The translations under genes were made by a program, and so were the position numbers. The notes under the pieces are model-generated. The model was not told the DNA's origin and searched no databases. It saw only the letters and a program-made list of their open reading frames with translations. This document shows, in pieces, positions 17,885-28,427 of a stretch of DNA of 64,000 bases (positions are counted from its first letter, which is position 1; each line of letters opens with the position of its first letter). The stretch comes from an uncultured Verrucomicrobiae bacterium (GTDB lineage: Bacteria > Verrucomicrobiota > Verrucomicrobiia > Chthoniobacterales > JAFAMB01), in contig CAWBKA010000020.1 in assembly GCA_963789065.1 (NCBI GenBank), forward strand, positions 4,192 through 68,191, in the 5' to 3' direction.

Positions 17885-19077
17885 TTATCTGCCTCGATTC
17901 CAGCCCCGCCCATTATCGCCGAAGCTCACGCAACCCTCTTCGGTTACCGCAATGGTATCCTCGAGCTTGATGAAGCCGCGCCCAGGATGGGCCATGGTGG
18001 TCTCCACAGAGATAACCATATCGGTCTCAAGCGGACGTTCCGCATCATAGCCCTCATACCCCTCAGCCCCATTGTTCGTCAGACGAGGCGCTTCATGGGT
18101 GACGAGGCCCATGCCATGCGCCATGAAACTCAAATAGGCCGCGTGGGGCGAGCCGCCTACAAGCTCGTTGGCCGTTGCGAAAATCTCGGCTCCCGTGGCG
18201 CCGCGGCGGACTGCATTGCGCGCCCGCCGCTGAATCTCTTCGATCACCCCAAGAAGATCAATGAGTTCGGCATCCGGCTCGCCCAGAATTCCCATCCGAC
18301 ACAAATCGCCGATATAACCCTTATATCTAGCCCCAGAATCAAGCGAAAGGATATCGCCGGCTTCGAGGCGCTGGTCGGAGGGGGCTCGGTTGAGACTGCT
18401 GCCGGCGGTGATCAAGCAGTAATTGAAGCTCAAATCCCGCCCTACCTCCTCTCTGCGCAGCCGGTCGACCAGCTCATTTTTCGTCTGGCCTGGCGCGCAT
18501 CGCTCGAACACGGCCAGCATTGAGGCCACAACGCGCTCGGAGGCCTCGCGCAGGTGCGCGAGTTCGGTTCTTGTTTTTCGTGCGCGCAGCCGCTCCAACG
18601 GAAAATAGGCGTCGACGATCTGGCTATCGCCGAGCCTTTCCTGCAGCAACCTGGCACCGTCCCAGGGTAGAAAGGAAGCTTCCACACCGACCCTTCGGAT
18701 CGGCCCGGGCAGACCCTTGATATACTCGACGGTTCACTCGATTGCGCCGGTGCTGTTGCTGGCGGCGGTCGAGAAGACCGGAGGCCAGAACTTGCCGAGC
18801 TGCTTCTCATAGTTTTCCATCAGGTGTCCGATATAGGCCGTGTTGTCCGGGCGACCCCTCTGATAGACGACGACCGGCAGATAGCGGCTCACCCCGACCG
18901 CATCCGTGTACTCGAAGAAGAAAAAACGATAGCCGCCAAGCAGATACTCCACGTTGTGCTTGGACGTCGCGACGAGACGTCGATGCCCTCCTCTTCCAGC
19001 AGGGCGTCGAGTCGCGCCGTGTCGAAGGGTGCGTGCTTTACCTGATCATATCGAGCTTCGTTCATGTCGTCTCTCAT
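17885..19077 (-). pseudogene. M24-family metallopeptidase (Xaa-Pro peptidase/creatinase-like) with one frameshift and one in-frame TGA
   Basis: ORFs 18889..19077, 18734..18952 and 17885..18685 join into one protein. A 1-nt deletion near 18975 breaks ..EEGIDV|LVATSKHNVEYLLGG. The TGA at 18734-18736 is in frame with the downstream 266-aa catalytic part (..GYIGDLCRMG..HGMGL..). Confidence 0.8.
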
Positions 19078-19137
19078 GGTGGGGGTTGCTTAAACTTTAC
19101 ACTCCGGAGGAGTACAGGTCAGGCAGAAAACGTGGTT

Positions 19138-19494
19138 TCATTTCTCCAGATCCGGAATCTTCGCACCAGCTCTAGCCTTGATCCTGGCAAAGGTCGCCGC
19201 GAGGATTTCGGCAGTCAGGTTATCGGCTTCTTCTGCCAGGATGGGTTTCGAATAGGGATTAGAGACCATCAGGCGTTCATTGTGAACAACTGGTGAGCGG
19301 TCCACGGGAAAATGGAATTGAATTACCGTTTCAAAGTCAAATGACGTAACGGCCCCTCCCTGAGCGCCAAAAGCCATGGACGAGCTACGAGAAGTCTCCG
19401 GCTGGGGAGGCGGAATTCGCCCTCCAGGCAAGGATCGAATCGGCGTGGCGGCAATGGGCATCGCCTGCCTGAATCCTGATACCCAAGCGCTCAA
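19138..19494 (-). CDS. hypothetical protein (start uncertain; an internal ATG at 19377 is also possible)
   Basis: An ORF just upstream of, and co-oriented with, the M24 gene. I recognised no family. Confidence 0.35.
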   Translation of the reverse strand: MSAWVSGFRQAMPIAATPIRSLPGGRIPPPQPETSRSSSMAFGAQGGAVTSFDFETVIQFHFPVDRSPVVHNERLMVSNPYSKPILAEEADNLTAEILAATFARIKARAGAKIPDLEK

Positions 19495-19589
19495 AAGTCC
19501 GATCTAATTGGCAATCGTCCTCAAATCCATAGTTAAGAACTTTTTATTTTTGTGTTGTTATATTTAAATAACAAATCTATATTAGTGTT

Positions 19590-20371
19590 GTGATGTGGCC
19601 TTTCTCTCTCAGTTATCCATTGCTCTGGGCGTTCATTTGTTCGCAGGCAATGGGACGACCAATTCCAGCAACTGTCTCAGAACTCGTGCAGCGAGCCGAT
19701 CCGCAAGCCAAGGTTGAATATTGCGGTAGCTTCTCCATAAATCAGGTTGACTATTACTCTTCGTCCTGGCCCGCAAGGAGTTGGTCGGAGTCGTACTGGT
19801 TCAGATCCGCTCGGAAAAGCGCCCGTGACGCCGATGCAGATACCTCTCTTTTCCCGTTTCGCGGCGATCCGCCACAGCCCGTGGCACGGCCGCTACAGGA
19901 GGCGATCGCAGAACTGCTCAGAAGACGCAACCTGAAGCAAAATGGAGAGGTCCGTCCAGGAACCTGCAATAATGGCCGGAGATCAGTGCGGTCGGACGCG
20001 GCATCGATCTTGTTGTATATCCGATCTCTGGTTTTCGATTCGACACAGATTCCACACGCGAAATCTTGCGACTTCTCCGGACGGGTCCCACGTTTTCGAT
20101 TGACCCCAAAAAGGCGCCACCGGGTTCGATCATCGTCAGCCCAACCCAGTTTTCGCACGATGGTCCGATCTTTCTGGGGCATGCGGGGATCCTCGGGTCA
20201 GACGGTTCAATCTATAGCGCGGACGCCAGGCACGGAGGTGCCTGGACCAAGAACTTCACTTTGTCCAATTGGCTGAAGCGATTTTCCGGAACCAACGGAA
20301 CCTACGCTTTTCGTTATCCGTGCGCGTTCCTCCGGGAACACTCGCGGGCTGGCGCCCAGTCCCTGAAGTAG
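19590..20371 (+). pseudogene. secreted NlpC/P60- or papain-like cell-wall hydrolase, frameshifted near 19970
   Basis: It has an N-terminal signal-like MMWPFSLSYPLLWAFICSQA, and ..GTCNN then shifts frame to WPEISAVGRGIDLVV... The C-terminal APPGSIIVSPTQFSHDGPIFLGHAGILGSDGSIYSA resembles the G-D-I-hydrophobic ... GH-hydrophobic-G-I pattern of these amidases. Confidence 0.55.
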
Positions 20372-20456
20372 CATGTATTTCTATGAGCGACGAGGGTTCG
20401 GCTCGCGGACTGGTAGAGCCCTGTTTTTCTCGCGTTTCTGTTTTTGCTCGGATGCG

Positions 20457-21117
20457 ATGACGAAGACACCTGGACTCCGGAATTCCGCCGGGATCTTTTC
20501 ACCAACGAAAAGCGACCTGGTGCAGAGCATGGCCATTGCCGCGCAGGCAGGCACCGGCGCAACAATTCTGCCGAGCGACTCCAACACTCCTGTTTCCAGC
20601 GATAACGACTTGAGCGTACTTGGCGGAGACGCCAACGAAAATCAGCAGGCTTTTCGGCAAAGGTTCGGCTTGAGCAACCCGACGCAAGAACAACTGGCGC
20701 GATGGTCAGAATATGATGCAAGACTCACCGCGTACTCAAACAAGGATGCCGATTGGCCATATCCGACCGCAGCTTCAGCGAATTGGATTGGAACGACCTC
20801 GACAAACGGCGACCCACTCGCCGTCGAAGGCACTACGGTGGCGGTTGACTTCAACCGAATCCCTCGCGGCTCACTCGTCTACATTCCTGCCTTGGACATG
20901 TATGCGGAAGCCAATGACACCGGGCTACGGCATGTGGTCACAAGCCGATGCCGGCCAGAGCGACTACGGCGCAAGCGGGGCCGGCAGGGTCGATGTTTAC
21001 AATCTGGCTGGAGACAGGTCGTCGAGCCAGGTCGAAAGGAACTTTCAGAGCCGGGTAGGAAACGATGAGTACGGGCAAATTTACGTGGTTTATAAAGGAC
21101 CTGGCTGGAAAAAGTGA
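20457..21117 (+). pseudogene. 3D-domain (MltA/RlpA-like) protein, frameshifted near 20920
   Basis: ..GTTVAVDFNRIPRGSLVYIPALDMYAEANDTG then shifts frame to YGMWSQADAGQSDYGASGAGRVDVYNL. This fits the 3D-domain pattern (AVD..iP.Gs.v.i....y.A.DtG....riDvy). Confidence 0.6.
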
Positions 21118-21216
21118 AGCGGCTAGCCTGCGATGAGCTCCGTTCGCTTCGTCTTTCGTGTGATTCTGGCGGGGAAAAATACTGAACCAAACGAAACATG
21201 TCATGAACACACTATT

Positions 21217-21800
21217 ATGAGAATGCTTATGGTCTGTTTGCTGGCAGTTTCTGCGCCAGCTCAGAATCCGCCGAAGTCGGGCAATCCATACATCTCGAGA
21301 GGGAACCCGAAAAGTCCAAACGGCAAATACGAGTGGATCGTTAGAACCGACTATCCGATCCGTTACGCGCTTATCGATATCGCTCAGCGGGAAAACGATC
21401 GCCAGCGTTAACGCATATTACCCGGACGTTTACGGCTTAAACATTCAATTCGCCCAAGCAATCGGAGTCTTCTGGAACCGGGACGGGACGGTTGTCGCGC
21501 TGGACGAGTTAAATCGGCGCCGGGCAGGGCGGCTCTATTTTTACCCTGCGAGACGGCGACGTTCGTGAAATGCCATCGGAGAGCATCCTTCCGATTGCGG
21601 CATCCGCAGACGAAGGTCGATTGGTGGTTGATCCAGGCTGGGTATCCCGGACGAAGATTCGGGTCCGGCTCGCCCTGCAGGCGAAAAGCGGCAACACGAC
21701 CAGCAGGTTCTATGATATTGATTTCAGCGATCCGGATCGTCCGACGGTCCGATCGACGCAATTGTCCGTACCATTCCACGCGCGTGGCCACGTTACGCGG
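21217..21800 (+). pseudogene. hypothetical secreted protein split over three frames
   Basis: MRMLMVCLLAVSAPAQNPPKSG.. (signal peptide) continues in other frames as ..VNAYYPDVYGLNIQFAQAIGVFWNRDGTVVALDELN.. and ..TLRDGDVREMPSESILPIAASADEGRLVVDPGW.. The end is uncertain because it runs into REP repeats. Confidence 0.35.
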
Positions 21801-21803
21801 CCA

Positions 21804-21898
21804 AACACCGACACGCCGATACGCCCAAACGGTCTTCTTTCGGCCTGCCACGCCGGACGCGCAGGAGCCCGTCCAGGAGCGCGTCCCTTCGCGCGGAC
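21804..21898. repeat. GC-rich REP-like element (family R1)
   Basis: acaccgacacgccgatacgcc ... tgccacgccggacgcgcaggagcccgtccaggagcgcgtcc. It shares both sub-motifs with the copies at 29.9, 30.1 and 47.3-47.5 kb. Confidence 0.75.
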
Positions 21899-22992
21899 TA
21901 AGGCTCGAGGGTGACCTTTACGGAAGTCAATCCGGAGATGACTAGATCGATCCCTTTCTGGAAATCGCTCAGCGGGAGACGATGCGTGACAATCTCGTCC
22001 ATCGGCAAGAGGCCCTGGCCGATCATGCGAATTGCCACGGGATAACATCGGGGGCCCAAATGGGACCCATGAATATTCAACTCTTTGGAATCGCCAATGA
22101 TGGTCCAGTCCACGGTCACTTTTTCGCGCATGACGCTAAACTCAACGAATGTCCCGAGTTTACGGATCATCTGCAGCCCCTGCTCCACGGCAGCTGGATG
22201 TCCCGTCGCTTCGATATAAACGTCGCAACCGTAGCCGTCGGTCAGAGCGAGAACTTTCTGGACCGCATCCTCCTTCCTTGGATTGATACCGAGATCAGCT
22301 CCCGAGCGCCTGGCCACTTCCAGCCGCTCATCACTCAGATCGAGCGCGATGATCCGCTCGGGACCTTTCATCTTAGCAGCGGCGACCATTCCCAACCCAA
22401 GCGGACCACAACCGGCAATCACCACAGTATCCTGGTACTTAATATCGCCCCGTTCGACCGCGTGGATCGAACATGCGAGCGGCTCGATGAAGACCGCATG
22501 ATGTAACGGAATTGATTTCGGCACTTTGTAGTTGAGCGCACCGGCCGGGAACACCATGTAGTCGGCCCACGATCCGAAAGTGCGCTGATGAAAGCCGTAG
22601 ATATCGTGGACGTTGCACATCCAATAGGAACCGCTTTTACAGTACCTGCAGTTCCAGCAAGGAACGATCTGTTCGCTGATGGCGCGGTCCCCGATCTCAA
22701 GGCCGTATAACTCGGCGGCGCCATCGCCCAGTCCTACGACTTCACCGATAAATTCATGACCAGGAGTTACTGGAGCCTGGCAGTAGCCTACCCGATGTTC
22801 GTCGCCCCAAAACATGGGGGCACCGGTATAACACTTTATATCGCTGGCACACACACCGGTGCTCTGAACCTTAATCAGGACTTCACCAGGACCGGGTCTG
22901 GGTACAGAACGCTCTTCGAATCGGTAGTCCCGCGGGCCATGCGCCACCACTGCCGGCATGGTTTTTGGTAGTTTGTCAACGATAGAACTCAT
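21898..22992 (-). CDS. zinc-dependent medium-chain alcohol/polyol dehydrogenase
   Basis: ..GEVLIKVQSTGVCASDIKCY..VTPGHEFIGEVV..IAGCGPLGLGMV.. covers the catalytic Zn ligands, the structural-Zn Cys cluster CWNCRYCKSG, and a GxGxxG motif. Confidence 0.85.
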   Translation of the reverse strand: MSSIVDKLPKTMPAVVAHGPRDYRFEERSVPRPGPGEVLIKVQSTGVCASDIKCYTGAPMFWGDEHRVGYCQAPVTPGHEFIGEVVGLGDGAAELYGLEIGDRAISEQIVPCWNCRYCKSGSYWMCNVHDIYGFHQRTFGSWADYMVFPAGALNYKVPKSIPLHHAVFIEPLACSIHAVERGDIKYQDTVVIAGCGPLGLGMVAAAKMKGPERIIALDLSDERLEVARRSGADLGINPRKEDAVQKVLALTDGYGCDVYIEATGHPAAVEQGLQMIRKLGTFVEFSVMREKVTVDWTIIGDSKELNIHGSHLGPRCYPVAIRMIGQGLLPMDEIVTHRLPLSDFQKGIDLVISGLTSVKVTLEP

Positions 22993-23171
22993 GGATTTGC
23001 GTTATGATTCGGGGGTTTTCTCAATAAACTTTCACTTTAGCCTCTTTTGGGGGATCGGCTGCTACTCAGCATCGACTCCTGTCCGCATTTGTAAATATTT
23101 TCATGGTGATAAAACCCATCCGAGCTATTGAAAACTCTCAGCAAAGAGCCTTCGTTGATCCGGGTTTCAAT

Positions 23172-23813
23172 ATGTTCAAAAGGACTGTGTGCATCGTTTC
23201 GTTAGTTTTTGCCGTTCTGGTTTTCCGAGCTTCGGGAGAACCGCCCATCCTGGACCCGATCGCCGACTATCTGGCAATGAACGTACCGGATCGGGCGACA
23301 AACGTGGGGCGTCTCCTGGTGATCAAGAAAGTGGCGATCGACATGGAAGGTACTGGCAAGGAGGACCTCTTTGTTGGGACCTGGTACCGAAATTCCGGGC
23401 CTAACACCTGGCTTTGGGTGGGGTACGCGCCAGTGGCTGGCGGCTATCAACGGATCACTGATTCGGATGTTTTGATCGACTTTGACGGCATTTACGTGGG
23501 CGAGCTCCCGGATATTGGTCGACCCGGAATGGCTCAAGCGTACAGCCTGGAACTGGATAACAAGGATCGGGACGAATCGAATATGATCAGCGACCTCACT
23601 TTTTATTACATCGAGGACGGAAGGTTGATGCAGCAGGGAACCGGAGCGCTCGACCGAGATGATCCAGAACAAGCGTCTAAATTCGACTATTACTTCGGAC
23701 CGAACCGGAAAACATCAGCAACGCCAAAAATCGAGTCGTTTACCGTTCCGGAACTGGTGCAGCGAGGTTACCGCCTGCCGGTTTGGGGATCGCTCAAGCC
23801 GTCCGGAAAATAA
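23172..23813 (+). CDS. hypothetical secreted protein
   Basis: The signal-like N-terminus is MFKRTVCIVSLVFAVLVFRASG. It is an intact ORF with no recognised family. Confidence 0.5.
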   Translation: MFKRTVCIVSLVFAVLVFRASGEPPILDPIADYLAMNVPDRATNVGRLLVIKKVAIDMEGTGKEDLFVGTWYRNSGPNTWLWVGYAPVAGGYQRITDSDVLIDFDGIYVGELPDIGRPGMAQAYSLELDNKDRDESNMISDLTFYYIEDGRLMQQGTGALDRDDPEQASKFDYYFGPNRKTSATPKIESFTVPELVQRGYRLPVWGSLKPSGK

Positions 23814-23931
23814 ACGAGTGCAGTTGTGGTTGCTGATTTACAAATCCCACGGGGTTTGACGTTTGTGAACTGAGGTATTACCCTCTTTCTGCGGGGTTTC
23901 AGCTCCCCGCGAAGAAGCAAAGCCAATACTC

Positions 23932-25387
23932 GTGGACGCCCGCATCCTCCAGGAATTCCGCGCCATCACCGGGGATCGCGGCCTGATCACATCGCAGGAC
24001 GAATTGAAAACCTACGAGTGTGACGGGCTGACGAATTTCCGGGTCGTTCCGCAGGCGGTGCTGCTGCCGCAATCCACGGAAGAGGTCCAGGCGGATCGTG
24101 CGCGTGTGCTTTCGAGAACGGATTCCGTTTGTGGCGCGCGGCTCGGGCACGGGATTGAGCGGGGGCGCCCTGCCGGTGAAAGACGGGGTGGTGATCAGCC
24201 TGGCCCGCATGAACCGTATCCTTGAAGTGGATCTGCCGAACGCACGGGTGGTGGTGGAGCCGGGCGTGATCAACCTGGAGGTGACCGGCCGGGTTGCCGC
24301 CCACGGCTTTTTCTACGCGCCGGATCCCTCCTCGCAGTCTATCTGCAGCATCGGCGGAAACGTGGCGGAAAACTCCGGCGGCGCGCACTGCCTGAAATAC
24401 GGATTTACCACTACGCATGTGCTTGGGCCTCGAGGTGGTGCTGCCAGACGGTTCACTGGCGCATCTCGGAGGAAAGACGCTCGATGCGCCAGGCTACGAT
24501 CTGGCGGGCGTGTTCGTGGGCTCGGAGGGCACGCTGGGCATCGCCACTAAAGTTATTCTCCGCATCGTGAAGCGGCCCGAATGCATTCAGACGCTGCTGG
24601 CGGCGTTTGCTTCCACCAGCGAAGCCGGGGCGGCGGTCAGCGAGATCATTGCCGCGGGCATGCTGCCGGCGGCAATTGAAATGATGGACAACCTGGCCAT
24701 CCAAGCCGCCGAAGCGGCGGTGCACGCCAACTATCCCGACTGCGGGGCGCTGTTACTGGTGGAGCTCGACGGCGCGGTAGGCGGAAGTAGAAGCAGCTGA
24801 TGCGCGCAGGTGGGCGAAATCTGTCGCGAGTGCGGCGCCGGGGAAATCCGCGTGGCACAGACGGAGGAGGAGCGCGCCGTGGTATGGAAGGGACGTAAGG
24901 CGGCGTTTGCCGCGATGGGACGCATTTCGCCGAATTATATCGTGCAGGACGGCGTGATCCCGCGCACGGCGCTGCCACGGGTGATGAGCGAAATCGAGCG
25001 GCTCGGCGCGGAGGCGGGAATCAGAGTGGCCAACGTGTTTCACGCCGGCGATGGCAATCTGCATCCGTTGGTTCTCTATGACCGCCGGATCGAAGGCCAG
25101 GAGCACGCCGCGGAGGACCTGGCCAACCGCATCCTGGAACTTTGCATCGAGGCTGGGCGGCTCGATCACGGGCGAGCACGGCGTGGGCGAAGAGAAGAAA
25201 ATGATGATGTCGAAAATGTTTGCGGAGCCCGACCTGGAAACGATGCAGCGAGTGCGCTGCGCGTTTGACCCGGAGCACCTTTCCAATCCCACGAAGATTT
25301 TCCCGCGGCCGCGGCTGTGCGGCGAAACGCCAGGGGAGTATCGGCCTCATCCGCTGGAAGATCGCCGGAATCGCGGAACGCTTCTAA
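23932..25387 (+). pseudogene. glcD: glycolate oxidase subunit GlcD (FAD-linked oxidase), multiple frame changes
   Basis: Fragments in three frames join up: VDARILQEFRAITGDRGLITSQDELKTYECD.., ..[18 protein letters not shown].., ..[28 protein letters not shown].., ..[14 protein letters not shown].., ..[13 protein letters not shown]... The true end, [12 protein letters not shown], is at 25385-25387. Confidence 0.85.
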
Positions 25388-25388
25388 G

Positions 25389-26690
25389 ATGGCCGCGCCG
25401 TCCTCAACTTCCGGTGAAGCGAGGGCGGCATCGCGGCTCCGTGGGACGATCTGCGTGGCAATCGTCGGGCGCGGAACATCTGCGCGCCGCGGGAGCGCGA
25501 GCGACGCGTCGCTGGAGTCCAGCCGCGGATGGTCTTCGAGCCCGGCAGCGAGATCGAACTGGCCGCCGCGCTGCGCTGCGGCAACGACGCGGGCTCGGCG
25601 TGGTACCACGCGGCGGCGGCACGAAGTCGGGCTGGGGCAATCCGCCGGTGCGCGCCGACCTGATTCTTTCGACGGCGCGGCTCAACCGGGTAATCGAACA
25701 CGCCTGGGCCGATCTGACGGTGAGCGTAGAGGCCGGATGCACCATCCAGAATCTGCAGAGCGACTCTCGCGCGGCACGGCCAGCGCGTTGCAGTGGATCC
25801 GTTATGGCCCGAGCGAGCCACCGTCGGCGGAATCCTTTCGACGAATGACAGCGGCTCGCTGCGTATTCGGTTTGGCGCGCTGCGCGATTTGGTCATCGGT
25901 GTGACGATTGCGCTGCCTGACGGCACGCTGGCTTCGAGCGGCGGCAAAGTGGTAAAAAATGTCGCAGGGTACGATCTGCCGAAACTGGTCACTGGAGCGC
26001 TGGGCACGCTGGGCGTTATCACTCGCGCCAACTTCCGGCTGCATCCTCTGCCCTCGCAAAATACAATCGTTTACCTTTGCGGCGCGCGATCTTCGCGACG
26101 CCCTCCGCGTCGTGCTGGCGGTGCAGGATTCCAGGCTGATTCCCACCAGCTTGCAGATGCGGTTCACCCCGGGAGCGGCGCCTGCAGTGGACGTTCGCTT
26201 TGAAGGCACCGATGCAGGAATTGCGGCCCAGGCAGCGACGCTCCGGAAACTGGCTGCCCCGGCGACCGAAATGTTGGCCAGCGACGCGGTTTGGCTGGCG
26301 CGGGAGGAGCTGTGGATTTCTTCGGAGCCGGCGGCGATCGCGAAATTCAGCGTCCTGCCGGCGTCGGATCGCAGAAACCTGCGGACGCATTCGCCAGCTG
26401 GCCGATTCCTGAGGCGTACGGTGGCGTGCCGTTGTGCAGGGAACAGGGCTGGGCTGGATGCGTCTGGAGGCGTCAAGCGCCACTGCGATCCACCAAGTGC
26501 TTGATACCCTGCGGCCCGAACTCGAACGCGTGGGGGGCTCGGTGGCCGTGCTGCATCGACCCGCGACAATGCCGACGATTGATGCCTGGGGCAGCGGAGG
26601 TGATGCACTTCCGTTGATGCTCCGAGCCTGAAACAACAACTTGACCCGCGGGGCACACTCAATCCCGGCCGTTTCGTCGGGGGAATCTGA
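25389..26690 (+). pseudogene. glcE: glycolate oxidase FAD-binding subunit GlcE, multiple frame changes
   Basis: Fragments: ..[53 protein letters not shown].., ..[64 protein letters not shown].., and the end ..LDPRGTLNPGRFVGGI*. Confidence 0.8.
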
Positions 26691-28005
26691 TGGCCACAAG
26701 AAAGCATCCAGAAGGCGGCAAGCGGGTACGACGCGTACCACCCGCCGTCGATCGAGCTGATCGACAAATGCGTGCACTGCGGTTTCTGCCTACCCGTGTG
26801 CCCCACTTACCTGCTGTGGAACGAGGAAATGGATTCGCCGCGGGGCAGGATCTACCTGATGAAGATGGTCGCGGAGGGACGGCGACTATCAACGAAACTT
26901 GGGTGGGCCATTTCGACGCCTGTCTGGGCTGCATGGCTTGCATGACGGCGTGCCCTTCCGGCGTGGATTACGCGAAGCTAATCGAGGGCTACCCGGGCCC
27001 AAATCGAACGCCGCTACACAAGACCGGCCGCGGGAGAAGAGGTTTCGGCGATTTCTGTTCGGCGTCTTTACGCGCCCGGCCCGGTTGCAGTGCGCTATTG
27101 GTCCCGGTGCGCCTTTATCAGAAGGTCGGGGCTCGAGGCGCTTGGTGCGCCGCATGGGTATCCTCAAACTTTTTCCCGGACGGCTGCAGGCCATGGAGGC
27201 GCTGCTGCCGCAGGTGCCCGCGCAGAAAAGGCTTCCCGAGTTGATGCCGGCACAGGGCGAGCGGCGACGCCGCGTGGGTTTGCTGACAGGTTGCGTGCAA
27301 CGGGTGCTTTTCCCGCAGGTCAACGCGGCGACGGCGCGCGTGCTGACGGCAGAGGGATGCGAAGTGGTAGTTCCGCGGAACAACCCTGCTGCGGGGCCCT
27401 GTTAGTGCACGCGGGAGAAGAGGAGCAGGCCGTACAGTTCGCGCGCCAGACCATTGACGTGTTCGAAAACGCCCGAGGTGGACGCGGTGATTGTCAATGC
27501 CGCGGGCTGCGGCTCGAACGTGAAGGAGTACGGCCACCTGTTGCGCGACGACCCACAATACGCCGGGCGCGCGAAAGCGTTTGCCGCGAAGTGCCGCGAT
27601 GTTTGCGAATTCCTGACCGAGCTCGAACCCCGCGCCACCCGCCACTCGCTGCGCTTGCGCGTGGCCTACCACGATGCCTGCCATTTGCAACACGCACAGG
27701 GCATCCGCGCGCAGCCGCGCAAGCTGCTGAGAGTAATCCCAGAACTCCAATTGTTGGAAATCCCCGAAGACGCGATCTGCTGCGGCTCCGCGGGAATTTA
27801 CAACCTGGTGCAGCCGGAAGCCGCGACACAACTTGGCGACCGAAAAGCGGGCCATGTCGCGGCGCTGGAGCCGGATGTCGTTGTGTCCGGCAACCCTGGC
27901 TGCCTGCTGCAGCTCCAGTCCGCGTTGGCACGCGCCGGACGAAAGCTGCCGGTTCGCCACACCGTAGAGCTACTCGACGCCTCTATCCGGGGCGCTTCCC
28001 TCTGA
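26690..28005 (+). pseudogene. glcF: glycolate oxidase iron-sulfur subunit GlcF, multiple frame changes
   Basis: The ATG overlaps the glcE stop (TGATG). Fragments: ..[35 protein letters not shown].., ..[21 protein letters not shown].., ..GLLTGCVQRVLFPQVNAAT.., ..VDAVIVNAAGCGSNVKEYG..AYHDACHL..CCGSAGIYN..GNPGCLLQL. Confidence 0.8.
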
Positions 28006-28116
28006 AGCAGGCGGATCGCTTTGGCTTTGCGAGATTTTCGATGACCTGAGAAAACCGGGCTTTCACTTTGTCTGAGAGAGGTTTAGATTACCCGCGCTAA
28101 CGAAGAGAGGGAACTC

Positions 28117-28416
28117 ATGAGAAAATTTTCGATCGCCTTTTGTGCGATTCTTGCAATGACTGCCTGTGTTGGTATGGCTCAGGAATTTACGACAACCCCT
28201 CGAGTTGCTCCCCAGCCTGAGCCGCCGCGACCCCCCGTCGAACAGAATTCTAATTCGTCCTGGTTCAAAAAATTTGTAGCAGCTCAAAATAAGCTGCAAC
28301 TGTTGAACCCGGCAGCCCCTCGGCAATACGGCAGTGGGGAGCAAGTGGTTGTTACTGACCCGCGGGATCCACAGCAGAAACCGCGCTTCTTTCGGTTGTT
28401 CTCCATCGCTTTCTAA
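28117..28416 (+). CDS. small secreted proline-rich protein
   Basis: Signal peptide MRKFSIAFCAILAMTACVGMA, with a purine-rich stretch (agagagggaa) just upstream of the ATG. Confidence 0.45.
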   Translation: MRKFSIAFCAILAMTACVGMAQEFTTTPRVAPQPEPPRPPVEQNSNSSWFKKFVAAQNKLQLLNPAAPRQYGSGEQVVVTDPRDPQQKPRFFRLFSIAF

Positions 28417-28427
28417 AGCAAGAGCGA

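Noticed and set aside
18734-18736. Selenocysteine or other recoding of the in-frame TGA in the M24 peptidase.
   Set aside because: I could see no convincing SECIS-like hairpin immediately downstream. The gene also carries an independent frameshift, and M24 peptidases are not known selenoproteins. A nonsense mutation or base error is more likely.
25802-26806. Long antisense or overlapping ORFs in GC-rich genes. Examples: 25802..26806(-), 27118..27960(-), 27090..28049(+), 6013..6741(-), 12926..13603(-), 10536..11147(-), 42795..43559(-), 33422..34321(+), 39866..40675(+), 40691..41380(+).
   Set aside because: Each overlaps a gene with clear family signatures on the other strand or frame. Their products are Arg/Pro/Gly/Ser-rich and low-complexity, as expected for shadow ORFs in GC-rich DNA.
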